Origin: an uncultured Candidatus Saccharibacteria bacterium
GTDB lineage: Bacteria > Patescibacteriota > Doudnabacteria > UBA920 > O2-02-FULL-48-8
Assembly: GCA_964605735.1 (NCBI GenBank)
Contig: CAZSDS010000001.1
Span: forward strand, 134,771-198,770
Length of the DNA stretch: 64,000 nt
Direction of reading: 5' to 3'
Part shown: positions 9,232 through 18,142 of the stretch, piece after piece
Position numbering within the stretch: position 1 is the stretch's first letter
Layout of the letters: every line of letters starts with the position of its first letter
Notes under the pieces: generated by a model
Told to the model about the DNA's origin: nothing
What the model saw: only the letters and a program-made list of their open reading frames with translations
Database searches by the model: none
Translations under genes and position numbers: made by a program

Positions 9232-9477
9232 TCACATGCCTTGTTCTCGGGCATGCTCCTTGCACTTGATTTTGCCGAGCCCATTCGTTAGAATCAGCCG
9301 GACAGTATTGTCTTTGTTCTCCTCGCTCCGCCATTCGGGGAGCAGTCGGGTAATCAGTGCAAGTTCATCATCCGAAAGCAGGAAAAGAAACCCCCGATTT
9401 ACGCATTTTTGGCCATTCCTTTCTTCCTCCTCACAACGGAAAGTGCCCCACGATTCCGCATTAAAAAGCTCAGGCAT
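9232..9477 (-). CDS. ORFan hypothetical protein (SD-led cassette)
   Basis: GGAGGTGT-ATG; promoter TTGCAA-17-TAGAGT at 9504-9532. Confidence 0.6.
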   Translation of the reverse strand: MPELFNAESWGTFRCEEEERNGQKCVNRGFLFLLSDDELALITRLLPEWRSEENKDNTVRLILTNGLGKIKCKEHAREQGM

Positions 9478-9606
9478 ACACCTCCAATTTTGGCGCGGTA
9501 GTAACTCTACCTGACCGGCCGTATTTTTGCAACTCTATGAATTTAGGCATTGGTATGAATCTTCAGACCTAAATATGTGGTATAATGCAAAAAAGGGCTT
9601 AAAGTC

Positions 9607-10377
9607 ATGAAACCAAAAACAAAGCGCAAAATAAACCGCCCAAAAAAGCAAGCAAATATGTTAACCGGCTTAGGGGAAGCCACCCGCATCCCACAGGGCT
9701 ATGCAAAATCCATGCAATGGTTTGCTGAACGCATGGTTTTGGCATTTTTGCTTATCGCAACCGTTTCATTTGCCGGCGGCGCTTTGTTTGTCTTGCATTG
9801 GTCTGAGCCGATCGCGGAAAGCCACGCTTATGCCATAGTCAGCGACAAATCTCGGCTTGCACAGCAGGGGATTAAAACCTTTTCCCAGCAGGTTATTGAC
9901 GTTGCTTCACCCTTGTTCGGTGACTTGATCAAGCAAACCAGGGATCAGCGTGATTTGGTGGCGGAACAATTTGCCTACCGCAAAGAAAAATTGAAAGCTT
10001 ATTTGCTTAGCAAAAATTCTCCTTTTGCTGAGGATGAAGGAGCGATAGAAGCATTCGCAAAATCAAAAAACATGAAACTGATGGTGGCTATATCATTTGT
10101 GGAAAGCACCTTTGGCAAGCACTGCTATTATTTCAACTGCAGTGGTATTGGAGGCACGCCGCCAACTCTGAGAAAATATGACAGCTATTCTGAATGGATT
10201 CAGGACTTTGATACCTTGCTTGAGAATCGCTACAAAGATCTTCCTCCGGAAAAATTCATTGGGCTTTATGTTCAGCCGGGCAGTGCAAACTGGCTTTATG
10301 GCGTAAAACAAGTCATCAGGGAGTTTGAAGAACAGGATATTGAGGGCGTTAAAATACTGCAGGAGCAAAAAGCATAA
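9607..10377 (+). CDS. Membrane-anchored lysozyme-like protein
   Basis: TM helix, VAISFVESTFGK..FNCSGI, Y.QPGSANW. Confidence 0.5.
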   Translation: MKPKTKRKINRPKKQANMLTGLGEATRIPQGYAKSMQWFAERMVLAFLLIATVSFAGGALFVLHWSEPIAESHAYAIVSDKSRLAQQGIKTFSQQVIDVASPLFGDLIKQTRDQRDLVAEQFAYRKEKLKAYLLSKNSPFAEDEGAIEAFAKSKNMKLMVAISFVESTFGKHCYYFNCSGIGGTPPTLRKYDSYSEWIQDFDTLLENRYKDLPPEKFIGLYVQPGSANWLYGVKQVIREFEEQDIEGVKILQEQKA

Positions 10378-10592
10378 ATTCTGTGATATTGTTGCCGTTA
10401 AAATCCCTGAGAAATCATGGGATTTTTTATTATGAACAACCCTTAGACCTCTTGCCCAAGCCTGGTTAACGATAAAGCAATCTTCACTTGTATTATTTTG
10501 CAATTTTCCATAGGAAAATTTTACGGTTTAATTATAGTGTCATTAATCACTGCAAACGGAGTTTCGGTTCCGTTCCGCAGTAAAGGACTATT

Positions 10593-10706
10593 ATGGCAAC
10601 TGAAGACCGCGGGTTTGCCTCAATGGACCCGGAAAAACAAAAAGAGATCGCTAGCAAGGGCGGGAAGGCCTCGCATGGCGGACGCAACAGTTCTTCAAAC
10701 CGTTAA
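10593..10706 (+). CDS. KGG-repeat general stress protein (YciG/GsiB-like)
   Basis: MATEDRGFASMDPEKQKEIASKGGKASHGG; AAAGGA SD; terminator follows. Confidence 0.85.
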   Translation: MATEDRGFASMDPEKQKEIASKGGKASHGGRNSSSNR

Positions 10707-10939
10707 TAAAAAATCAGGAAGCGGCCCTCAAAAAGCCGCTTTCTTTACGCCCGCCGTATATGCTCCATTTATGAACACAAATGGGACGTAACAACCAGCA
10801 TACTGAATTATGTAAATGGTTTTTTGTTGTTTTGCAGTATTACAGTAAAGGAAATTTTGGTGTTAAATTAGGAGCGTTGGGCATTAATCCCGCCAATATT
10901 CGCAAAGATATTCGGCGTTGTAGGGAGGAGGTGAATAAT

Positions 10940-11035
10940 ATGGCAGACACAACAACCGACCGCGACATGAACACCGAAGCTGACGAATCTCAGCAGCGAC
11001 GCAGCCGTTTGGATGAGGATGATTCAACTTTTTAG
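10940..11035 (+). CDS. Small acidic peptide (31 aa)
   Basis: GGAGGAGGTGAATAAT-ATG; hairpin terminator ~11078-11112. Confidence 0.6.
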   Translation: MADTTTDRDMNTEADESQQRRSRLDEDDSTF

Positions 11036-11283
11036 CGGTGAATAACCGGGCAACTTACGGCACTTGCAAAACGTAAGCAAAACAGGTATCCTTTTGGGGT
11101 CCTGTTTTGTTTTACTGCCGCTTGAGGCAGGCTGGAGGTTATGAACAAAATATGTAGGTTCGCCCAAATTGCCTGTAAAAACCGCTGTGGGTGGTTAATT
11201 TAATTGCCATATACTGTAAACCATTATTATGAGGTTTAATATAAGGGTAATAATTAATTACAAACAGGGGGAGGTGAAAAATA

Positions 11284-11349
11284 ATGGCACAGAATGATGA
11301 CAGGAAGCAAACTGGCAGCGGCGACGACTCAGGTTCACGAAACAGATAA
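11284..11349 (+). CDS. Small hydrophilic peptide (21 aa, MAQNDDRKQTGSGDDSGSRNR)
   Basis: GGGGAGGTGAAAATA-ATG. Confidence 0.5.
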   Translation: MAQNDDRKQTGSGDDSGSRNR

Positions 11350-11473
11350 TCAGCAAGCGTTTGAGAGTTTTGTTTTTTAAGAGGGACAAGACAAAACACT
11401 TTCACCAGAAGGTGTTTTGTTCAATTCCTGTTGAAATATAATTAAAATACTGTTTGGCAAAAAGGAAAAATCT

Positions 11474-11887
11474 ATGGCAAAAAAACTTTTTGCAGTTGTA
11501 CTCGGCTTTGCATTTGCTCCGGCCTTTATAGCTGCTGATCACGATACGGGTCTGATGGGCGCGTTTGGAAATCAATTGGTGGGAGAGCCTTGTGCTGTGC
11601 GGGTTTATCATGTCAATTTCAGGTTCCCGCCTGAGGGTGGAAAGATTGTCCAATACGGAAATGAGTTGTTCTTCATTCGCGACTACATGGCTGGATGCGA
11701 AAACGCTGGCTCAAACGCTAAGCTTCTGGTCTCAAGTCCGAACGGCAGGAATCCTTTGAACATTGACGAGCGCCAGCCGTATGTTAACCCTATGTTCACA
11801 TCCGTTCCTGGTTCGCAGTCAGGACACCAAGCACCGCCTGCGCATACACAACAGCCAGCAGGCTCTACAACCCCCAACTGCTATTAA
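11474..11887 (+). CDS. Hypothetical secreted protein
   Basis: Signal peptide-like N-terminus; terminator ~11898-11926. Confidence 0.6.
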   Translation: MAKKLFAVVLGFAFAPAFIAADHDTGLMGAFGNQLVGEPCAVRVYHVNFRFPPEGGKIVQYGNELFFIRDYMAGCENAGSNAKLLVSSPNGRNPLNIDERQPYVNPMFTSVPGSQSGHQAPPAHTQQPAGSTTPNCY

Positions 11888-11976
11888 TAGTTTGTCAAAA
11901 ACCCCGCTGGGCCTAAGCGGGGTTTACAATTTTTTTATAGTGTTGTACAATTGGGCTGAACTAAAAGGCAATCAAT

Positions 11977-12318
11977 TTGAAATCAAAAACACTGCCGAAC
12001 GCTAAAAATTTGCAGCGTGAGGTCATAACAAAAGCAGGTGAAACTAAGCACCTTATAATGGGGTACTTGTTTTTGGCTATTGTCTTTATGGGTGCAGTGA
12101 GCTCTGTTTATTATTGGGAAAACAAGACGAAATATTCCAGTGCAGCGGCAACACAGGTCGGAGAAAGACAGGTTGAATCAGGAGAGCAAGTGCCTGCTGC
12201 CGTTCAGGGGCAAACCTGCAAACTGGAAGTGGTGACTGCCCAGCACAAAAAGACAGGGGAGTTAAGGGATTTTCCTAGTCCTTGTCACATTAATGAATAT
12301 TGGGAAAAAGTAAATTAA
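11977..12318 (+). CDS. Hypothetical membrane protein
   Basis: Single TM; C-terminal C...TGE.R.FPSPC motif; start uncertain. Confidence 0.6.
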   Translation: MKSKTLPNAKNLQREVITKAGETKHLIMGYLFLAIVFMGAVSSVYYWENKTKYSSAAATQVGERQVESGEQVPAAVQGQTCKLEVVTAQHKKTGELRDFPSPCHINEYWEKVN

Positions 12319-12345
12319 AACAGCTCACGGAGGAGCTGTTTTTTG

Positions 12346-14175
12346 TTAAGCCTGCTGTTGTTCTTTTGAGCGTTCGCGTTTGCGTTTGGTTGGATCCAAA
12401 ATTTTCTTGCGCAGTCTTAAGCTGACAGGTGTAACTTCAAGAAGTTCGTCAGGAGCCAGGTACTCCAATGACTCTTCCAGGCTCATGACTTTTGGCGGGG
12501 TAAGAATAATGGCGTCATCAGAACCGGAAGCTCGCATATTGGTCAGTTTTTTAGTTTTGTTGACGTTGACTTCAATATCTTCTGCCTTGGCATTTTCCCC
12601 GATAATCATACCCATATAAACTTCTGTGGCTGGGCCAATAAACAAGGTGCCGCGCTCCTGCGCGTTGTTCAGACCATAGGCATTTGATACTCCTGATTCA
12701 GTGGCAATCAGGGAGCCATGCGGCAGGTTGATTTCGCCTGATGCGGTCACCGGTTTATACGAGTCAAATACATGGTTTATGATGACCGTGCCTTTTGTCT
12801 GCGTAAGAAGTTTGCTCTTTAAGCCGATTACGCCCCTTGTAGACATCAGGTATTCAAGGTGCACTTCGCCGTGGTCAGTGTGGTTCATACCCATAAGGTC
12901 GCCTTTGCGGCGCCCGACTTCCTCAATAACAGCGCCCTGAAAATCACCAGGAACAATAATGGAAACGCGCTCATAAGGCTCCATCCTTTGTCCGTCAATT
13001 TCCTTGAAAATAACCTCCGGTTGGGAAACCTGCAATTCGTAGCCTTCGCGGCGCATTGTTTCAATCAAAACCGCCAAGTGAAGCTCGCCGCGTCCTGCCA
13101 CCAGGAAAGTATCCGGACTTGCAGTGTCGGTAACTTTTAAGGCAACATTGGTTTCAAGTTCCTTATACAGGCGATCTCGCAGATTTCGAGATGTGACGAA
13201 TTTTCCTTCCCGTCCAGCAAATGGGGAATTGTTCACAGAAAAAGTCATTTGGACAGTTGGTTCATCAATGCTGACCGGCGGGATTTGTTTTGGATTGGTT
13301 GGGTCAGTAATGGTGGAACCGATTGTGATGCCTTCCAGTCCGGCAATGGAAACGATTTCGCCGGCTGAAGCTTCCTCAACTGACTGTTTCTGCAAACCCT
13401 GGAACACGGAAATGTCTATGGCTCGGCCTTGGAACTTGTCGCCCGTGGGCGCGATTTGCATGATTGCCTGGTTCTTCTTGATCTTGCCTGAGTAAATTTT
13501 TCCGATTCCCATTTTGCCTTTGTATGAATCATAGCCCAAGGCAAGGACCAGGATTTGCAGTGGATCAGTCTCTGAGATTTCAGGCGCCGGAATTTTTTCC
13601 AAGATGGTTTCAAATAACGGGACAAGGTCAGTGCCTGGCTGTGCAGTATCCAAAGTGGCTTTTCCTGAAATGGCAGAAGCATAGACAATAGGGAAGTCGA
13701 GCTGTTCATCATTTGCATTCAAACTGACGAACAAGTCAAAAGTTTTGTTCACAACCTCATCAATTTGTGCATCAGGTCTGTCAATTTTATTGATGACGAC
13801 AATCGCCTTATGGCCAAGCTCTAAAGCCTTTTTCAAAACGAATTTGGTTTGCGGCATAGGGCCTTCTTTGGCATCAACCAGCAGAAGCACGCCGTCAACC
13901 ATTTTCAGCGTGCGTTCCACTTCACCTCCAAAGTCAGCGTGGCCTGGCGTGTCGACAATATTTATCTTCACGTCTTTATAAACGACTGACGCGTTTTTGG
14001 CTTTGATGGTAATGCCGCGTTCACGTTCAAGATCCATGGAATCCATGATGCGTTCTCCAAGCTCTTCCAGGTTTCGCTGGACGTGAGTTTGCCTAAGCAG
14101 GGCATCCACTAACGTGGTTTTGCCGTGGTCAACGTGGGCAATAATGGCTATATTTCTGATGTCTTCTCTTTTCAT
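12346..14175 (-). CDS. typA: Translational GTPase TypA/BipA
   Basis: AHVDHGKTT, DTPGHADFGGEVER, NKID, KKLTNMRASG. Confidence 0.97.
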   Translation of the reverse strand: MKREDIRNIAIIAHVDHGKTTLVDALLRQTHVQRNLEELGERIMDSMDLERERGITIKAKNASVVYKDVKINIVDTPGHADFGGEVERTLKMVDGVLLLVDAKEGPMPQTKFVLKKALELGHKAIVVINKIDRPDAQIDEVVNKTFDLFVSLNANDEQLDFPIVYASAISGKATLDTAQPGTDLVPLFETILEKIPAPEISETDPLQILVLALGYDSYKGKMGIGKIYSGKIKKNQAIMQIAPTGDKFQGRAIDISVFQGLQKQSVEEASAGEIVSIAGLEGITIGSTITDPTNPKQIPPVSIDEPTVQMTFSVNNSPFAGREGKFVTSRNLRDRLYKELETNVALKVTDTASPDTFLVAGRGELHLAVLIETMRREGYELQVSQPEVIFKEIDGQRMEPYERVSIIVPGDFQGAVIEEVGRRKGDLMGMNHTDHGEVHLEYLMSTRGVIGLKSKLLTQTKGTVIINHVFDSYKPVTASGEINLPHGSLIATESGVSNAYGLNNAQERGTLFIGPATEVYMGMIIGENAKAEDIEVNVNKTKKLTNMRASGSDDAIILTPPKVMSLEESLEYLAPDELLEVTPVSLRLRKKILDPTKRKRERSKEQQQA

Positions 14176-14332
14176 AAGTTATTTCTACCGGAAGTGCCGG
14201 TCTTTACACCGGAGCTTTCACAAAAAAATCGCCGGCGCTGTTTAATTGGCGATAGACGAATAATAGCATAGATAAGGGATTTTTTCAAGGCCTGCTATAG
14301 TTAAATCTTAAAAGTGTTATAATTAAGGGACT

Positions 14333-14560
14333 ATGAACCCAGACAGACTAAAAGACCTGAAACAGGGCAAGATTTGCGAACTTTGCATGAAGCACGATCC
14401 GCTGGTTAAGGATTATGCGGATGATTTTGAATTGCAGACTGCTCTCCGTGATTATGTGGAGAAAGAAACAGGGGAAACCATCAATGTCCAGGATATTGCC
14501 AGGCTTTGCGATTCCTGTTACTTCAGGGTGAAAGACATGAGCAAAACCAAGGATTACTAA
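14333..14560 (+). CDS. Small putative zinc-binding protein
   Basis: CELC...CDSC; TGTTATAAT upstream, terminator downstream. Confidence 0.6.
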   Translation: MNPDRLKDLKQGKICELCMKHDPLVKDYADDFELQTALRDYVEKETGETINVQDIARLCDSCYFRVKDMSKTKDY

Positions 14561-14638
14561 AACCGCGGCAAGCGGTTTTTTTGCAAAGAAAAAAGCCCCC
14601 AGGATCTGCGCCAGGGGCTGAAAGTTTGGACAAGAAGG

Positions 14639-15058
14639 CTAGTGATACCTCTTGGCCTGGATATTTTCCGGGTGAATCCCGACCTCCATGTGCCTGTCCA
14701 TGATTTCAAGGAAGCCAGCCGGGAGCGGCCATCGTTTTGCGTCCCGTAGGACTCGATGGAAATTTTGAGCCTCCTCAGGCATTAGTGCCCATTCGATGTT
14801 CCACACCTCAACAGCAAAGAGAAGGTAGCCGGAGACCTGCAGATGCTCATCCGGCAAGTCACCGTTCTGGATCTGCTCGCGCAGATAACCAGATTCTAGC
14901 AGGCTTAAATCGTATCGCGTCGCCGCAACACTGAGGATGTTGCATCCATCCCGCTTGAAAGCGAACTCCGGGGTTCTTATGCCGTTAGACAAGACGAGGT
15001 GGGCATGTTTGCGGCAAGCTTTACACATGACGAGCTGTCCAGACGAAACTATACTCAT
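14639..15058 (-). CDS. ORFan hypothetical protein with CxxC
   Basis: GGAGGAGGAT-ATG; second gene of two-gene cassette. Confidence 0.65.
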   Translation of the reverse strand: MSIVSSGQLVMCKACRKHAHLVLSNGIRTPEFAFKRDGCNILSVAATRYDLSLLESGYLREQIQNGDLPDEHLQVSGYLLFAVEVWNIEWALMPEEAQNFHRVLRDAKRWPLPAGFLEIMDRHMEVGIHPENIQAKRYH

Positions 15059-15082
15059 ATCCTCCTCCGTTGGGTTTTAAGG

Positions 15083-15430
15083 TTAGTCCGGGTCCGGCAG
15101 GTTGTCGGAGTTGAGCTGGTCGACTTTTTGTTCGAGACGCTTTGGGCATTCCTGGCATCTTCGAATATGCGAGTCGAACTCGATCATTTCGTCGTCGCTC
15201 ATCCTTCCCATTGCGTGCTTCTCGATTTCATCGTCAGTGGCGCAGCGGTTACCTTCGTACGGAACACTGCTGCCGGAGTTTGCGATTCTGGCGCCTCGCT
15301 CAGCGCGCAGCAGGCGGTCCTGGCAATCTTTGCATTTCCTTGTGTGCGCGATGAGTATGACAATTTCTTCCGAAGACTCTCTTGCGGCAATCCGCCGGGC
15401 CATGTCATCCGTCATATGCTGTGATTTCAT
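15083..15430 (-). CDS. Tandem zf-HC2 (ZAS anti-sigma-like) zinc-finger protein
   Basis: HTRKCKDC and HIRRCQEC; AGGAGG SD; TTGACA-17-CAGAAT promoter 15468-15496. Confidence 0.7.
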   Translation of the reverse strand: MKSQHMTDDMARRIAARESSEEIVILIAHTRKCKDCQDRLLRAERGARIANSGSSVPYEGNRCATDDEIEKHAMGRMSDDEMIEFDSHIRRCQECPKRLEQKVDQLNSDNLPDPD

Positions 15431-15591
15431 TAATCCTCCTCTAACCTTTCTCTGCTTTGAATGTAGCATTCTGACATATTTAACTTGGATTGTCAAGATT
15501 ATTTCCCCTTAGAAAGGATTGTACAAAATAACCAATTGCTCAGGCTATGTGGAAAAAATAAACTTTAAAAAATTAGCGAAAGGAGCTAGTA

Positions 15592-15840
15592 ATGAACATT
15601 TTAGTCTGGATCGTGTTCGGGGGTCTGGCTGGCTGGGTAGCAACATTGTTAACCGGCAACAATGCACAGTTTGGGATAATCGGGAATATTGTCATTGGTA
15701 TAGTCGGTTCTTATTTGGGGGGCTGGTTGTCCTCACAAGTATTCAAAGGCCCGCCAATCGTGGGGTTCGATTTCCGAAGCTTTCTGATTGCGGTCATGGG
15801 CAGCGTTGTCCTTCTGTTCCTGCTCAACCTCTTGTTTTAA
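15592..15840 (+). CDS. GlsB/YeaQ/YmgE stress-response membrane protein
   Basis: WIVFGGLAGWVA..GIIGNIVIGIVGS..GSVVLL. Confidence 0.9.
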   Translation: MNILVWIVFGGLAGWVATLLTGNNAQFGIIGNIVIGIVGSYLGGWLSSQVFKGPPIVGFDFRSFLIAVMGSVVLLFLLNLLF

Positions 15841-15862
15841 CAATTATGCTTTTTTTTTGGAG

Positions 15863-16019
15863 AAGCACTTAGCTCGTGGGACCTATGCCGTCAGGACATC
15901 GCAGCCCGCCTCAAGCGGACGAGACTAAGCAAAATCCCACCATAAAGGAGTATAAAAGTATGAGGGATTTATGCGGTCCTGTAAGGCAGTGGGACCACGA
16001 GCGCTAAAGGACTGTGCTT
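15863..16019 (+). ncRNA. Candidate long-hairpin RNA (6S-like?)
   Basis: End-to-end pairings AAGCAC/GTGCTT, CTCGTGG/CCACGAG, TGCC/GGCA, CAGGAC/GTCCTG. Confidence 0.5.
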
Positions 16020-16050
16020 GACTTTTAGCCAAAAAAGAGTATAATTTACG

Positions 16051-16434
16051 TGCCTCTTAAAGTAAGCGTGCAATCGCGTCCGCCTTTGGCGGATGAGGAA
16101 AGTCCGAACACGTGGATTGAATGAAGTCTCATGAGTTCATGCAATCATTCGTTGCGGGTAACGCCCGTCGAAAGTAATTTTAGGGATGCGAGCAGTGACG
16201 GTTAAGCAGAGATGCGAGACTATCCAGAGCCGCAAGGTAACGGATAAATCTGATGGTAACATCAGGGTGAAACGGCTAAATTCCAACGAATCAGTGCAAT
16301 ACCGAATAGGGTCCTTTACGGGCCGGGTAGGTAGCTGGAGCTAGTCAGCAATGAGTAGCCAAGAGAGATGATTGCTACACTGCAGGAATGCAGGATAGAC
16401 AGAATTCGGCTTACAGCTTGCTTTTTAAGAGGCA
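16051..16434 (+). ncRNA. rnpB: RNase P RNA
   Basis: GAGGAAAGTCCG and ACAGAATTCGGCTTA universal segments; P1 pairing; TTGACT-16-TATAAT promoter; terminator 16438-16470. Confidence 0.93.
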
Positions 16435-16528
16435 AATAAAAGGCGACATCATAAGATGCCGTTTTTTATTTCTCATTTTCTTTGTAAAATAAAAAAGGCC
16501 AGGCGAAATGCCTGACCTCACGAAAAAT

Positions 16529-16843
16529 TTACTCGGTGACGAGACCGTTCCAGTTCCTGCAGAGCTGCTGTTTGACGTTGGCGAGATCCTCCGAACTCCC
16601 GCGAAGCTTGATGATGATCTCCTGGATCTGGTTGCTGGCGCGAATGAACACCTTCAGCGTGTTGTTGGAGAAGTTCTGGAGACTGAGCCTCTGCCGTCTG
16701 CTGCACTTGACCGGAGTCGCCGGACGAATGGTGATTTTGGCAACAGCAGGGTGCCCGTCGATGTAAGCCAACTGTCTTTTTGCAGCGTCGATTGGACGAC
16801 GTTTGTTGCTCAGCCTTTTCCTGAACTGGTCCCGATTGGCCAT
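16529..16843 (-). CDS. Hypothetical protein, DUF2103-like
   Basis: AGGAGGAG SD; TTGACT-18-CATAAT promoter; HP.V.KI...IQEIII pattern. Confidence 0.55.
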   Translation of the reverse strand: MANRDQFRKRLSNKRRPIDAAKRQLAYIDGHPAVAKITIRPATPVKCSRRQRLSLQNFSNNTLKVFIRASNQIQEIIIKLRGSSEDLANVKQQLCRNWNGLVTE

Positions 16844-17066
16844 CAGTACTCCTCCTCACAAAAACGAACGATAAAGCATTATGGCATGAAAATGCTTATT
16901 TAGTCAAGAACACCTTGACTTTAGCTTTGATAGCTGATATACTGCTCACGTTTCCCAAGTCCCCACAGGAAGGGACTTACAGTCGAAGGGAAGTTTAGTA
17001 CATTTAAGTAACAAAGGTTCAATTTTTAACGTTCGTTAGTAAATTTCCCTTTGTTTGAAGGTTCCA

Positions 17067-17345
17067 ATGAACAAGAAATTGTTTGTCGGTGGCTTGCCTT
17101 ACGCAACCACAGACGAGGAGCTTAAGAGCCACTTTGCGCAAGCTGGTAACGTGTTGTCCGCACAAATCGTGATGGATCGCATGACCGGCCGCTCAAAGGG
17201 ATTCGGTTTCGTAGAAATGGAAACTGATGAAGAAGCTCAAAAAGCTATCGAAATGTTCAATGGTACTGATTTCGGCGGCCGCTCACTCGCGGTTAACGAA
17301 GCCAGACCAAAGACTGACCGCCCTCGCGGTGACTTCCGAAACTAG
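17067..17345 (+). CDS. RRM RNA-binding protein
   Basis: KLFVGGL (RNP2), SKGFGFVEM (RNP1); promoter TTGACT-17-TATACT 16915-16943. Confidence 0.95.
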   Translation: MNKKLFVGGLPYATTDEELKSHFAQAGNVLSAQIVMDRMTGRSKGFGFVEMETDEEAQKAIEMFNGTDFGGRSLAVNEARPKTDRPRGDFRN

Positions 17346-17408
17346 TCTCAAATAAAAGCCGCCCTTAACCGGGCGGTTTTTTGTTTGATAAAAAACCCGA
17401 CAGATTAA

Positions 17409-18026
17409 CTATCGGGTGGTTTTTTTCCGCCGCAATGGGGGAAAAATTCTTGGCTGGCCAAGCTTGAAGAGTTCTTCATTCACGGCCATTCTCAAGTCTG
17501 GAGTCCAACTGCTGCCTTCGTGTTTGATAAGCAGGCGCAGTTTGGATTTCTTCTTTTCGAGCTCCAGAAGTTTCGCGACAAACGTCCCCAAATCCTTTTC
17601 CCGGTCCGGGGGATTTCGATTCCACCAAACACCAAGATGTGAGGCGAGATCCTTTGCACTACCGAAAAAAGCCTGCAATGCCGTGGTCGCATACTTTGGA
17701 TCAGCCAGGACGGTAAGCCAGAGAATTCTGGCTCGAGGTTCCTCCGGCCGGATTCTCACCTGACAGAGTGTTGCCGTGACTATGTTGTTGGCCTCGACAT
17801 CACCCCAGCGCGGCTGTCCGTTGTCATTCTTTTTCCCGGAGACAATGGCAAGCGTTTCGTCATGAAACCAGGTCTTGAGACTAGGCAGCTCATGGTCCAT
17901 GGCTGCTTTGAGTACGTCGTTGATGCCCGCTGTAACCAGCGGACGCATATTCAGCGCCGTAGTTACCAAAACCCTGGTAATATGCTCCAAGTGCTCTTTC
18001 TCTGACATGGGTTGCCTGATCAGCAT
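17409..18026 (-). CDS. ORFan hypothetical protein (SD-led cassette)
   Basis: GGAGGACTA-ATG; TTGACG-17-TAAACT promoter. Confidence 0.65.
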   Translation of the reverse strand: MLIRQPMSEKEHLEHITRVLVTTALNMRPLVTAGINDVLKAAMDHELPSLKTWFHDETLAIVSGKKNDNGQPRWGDVEANNIVTATLCQVRIRPEEPRARILWLTVLADPKYATTALQAFFGSAKDLASHLGVWWNRNPPDREKDLGTFVAKLLELEKKKSKLRLLIKHEGSSWTPDLRMAVNEELFKLGQPRIFPPLRRKKTTR

Positions 18027-18142
18027 TAGTCCTCCAACTGCTTTGAGATTTCTAGTTTATAGCTATATATCAGCCGCGTCAATTTTTTGAAAATCTGAAG
18101 CAATTATGGTATAATAATGCGGCATAAATAAATAATATTTTC

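Noticed and set aside
14999-15512. Overlapping plus-strand ORFs (also 16508-16903, 51932-52258 and antisense ORFs inside core genes)
   Set aside because: The opposite-strand ORFs have the SD, promoter or recognisable motifs; these are shadows
15863-16019. SRP (4.5S) RNA
   Set aside because: GTCAGG...GCAGC present, but the GNRA-capped helix 8 between them is missing
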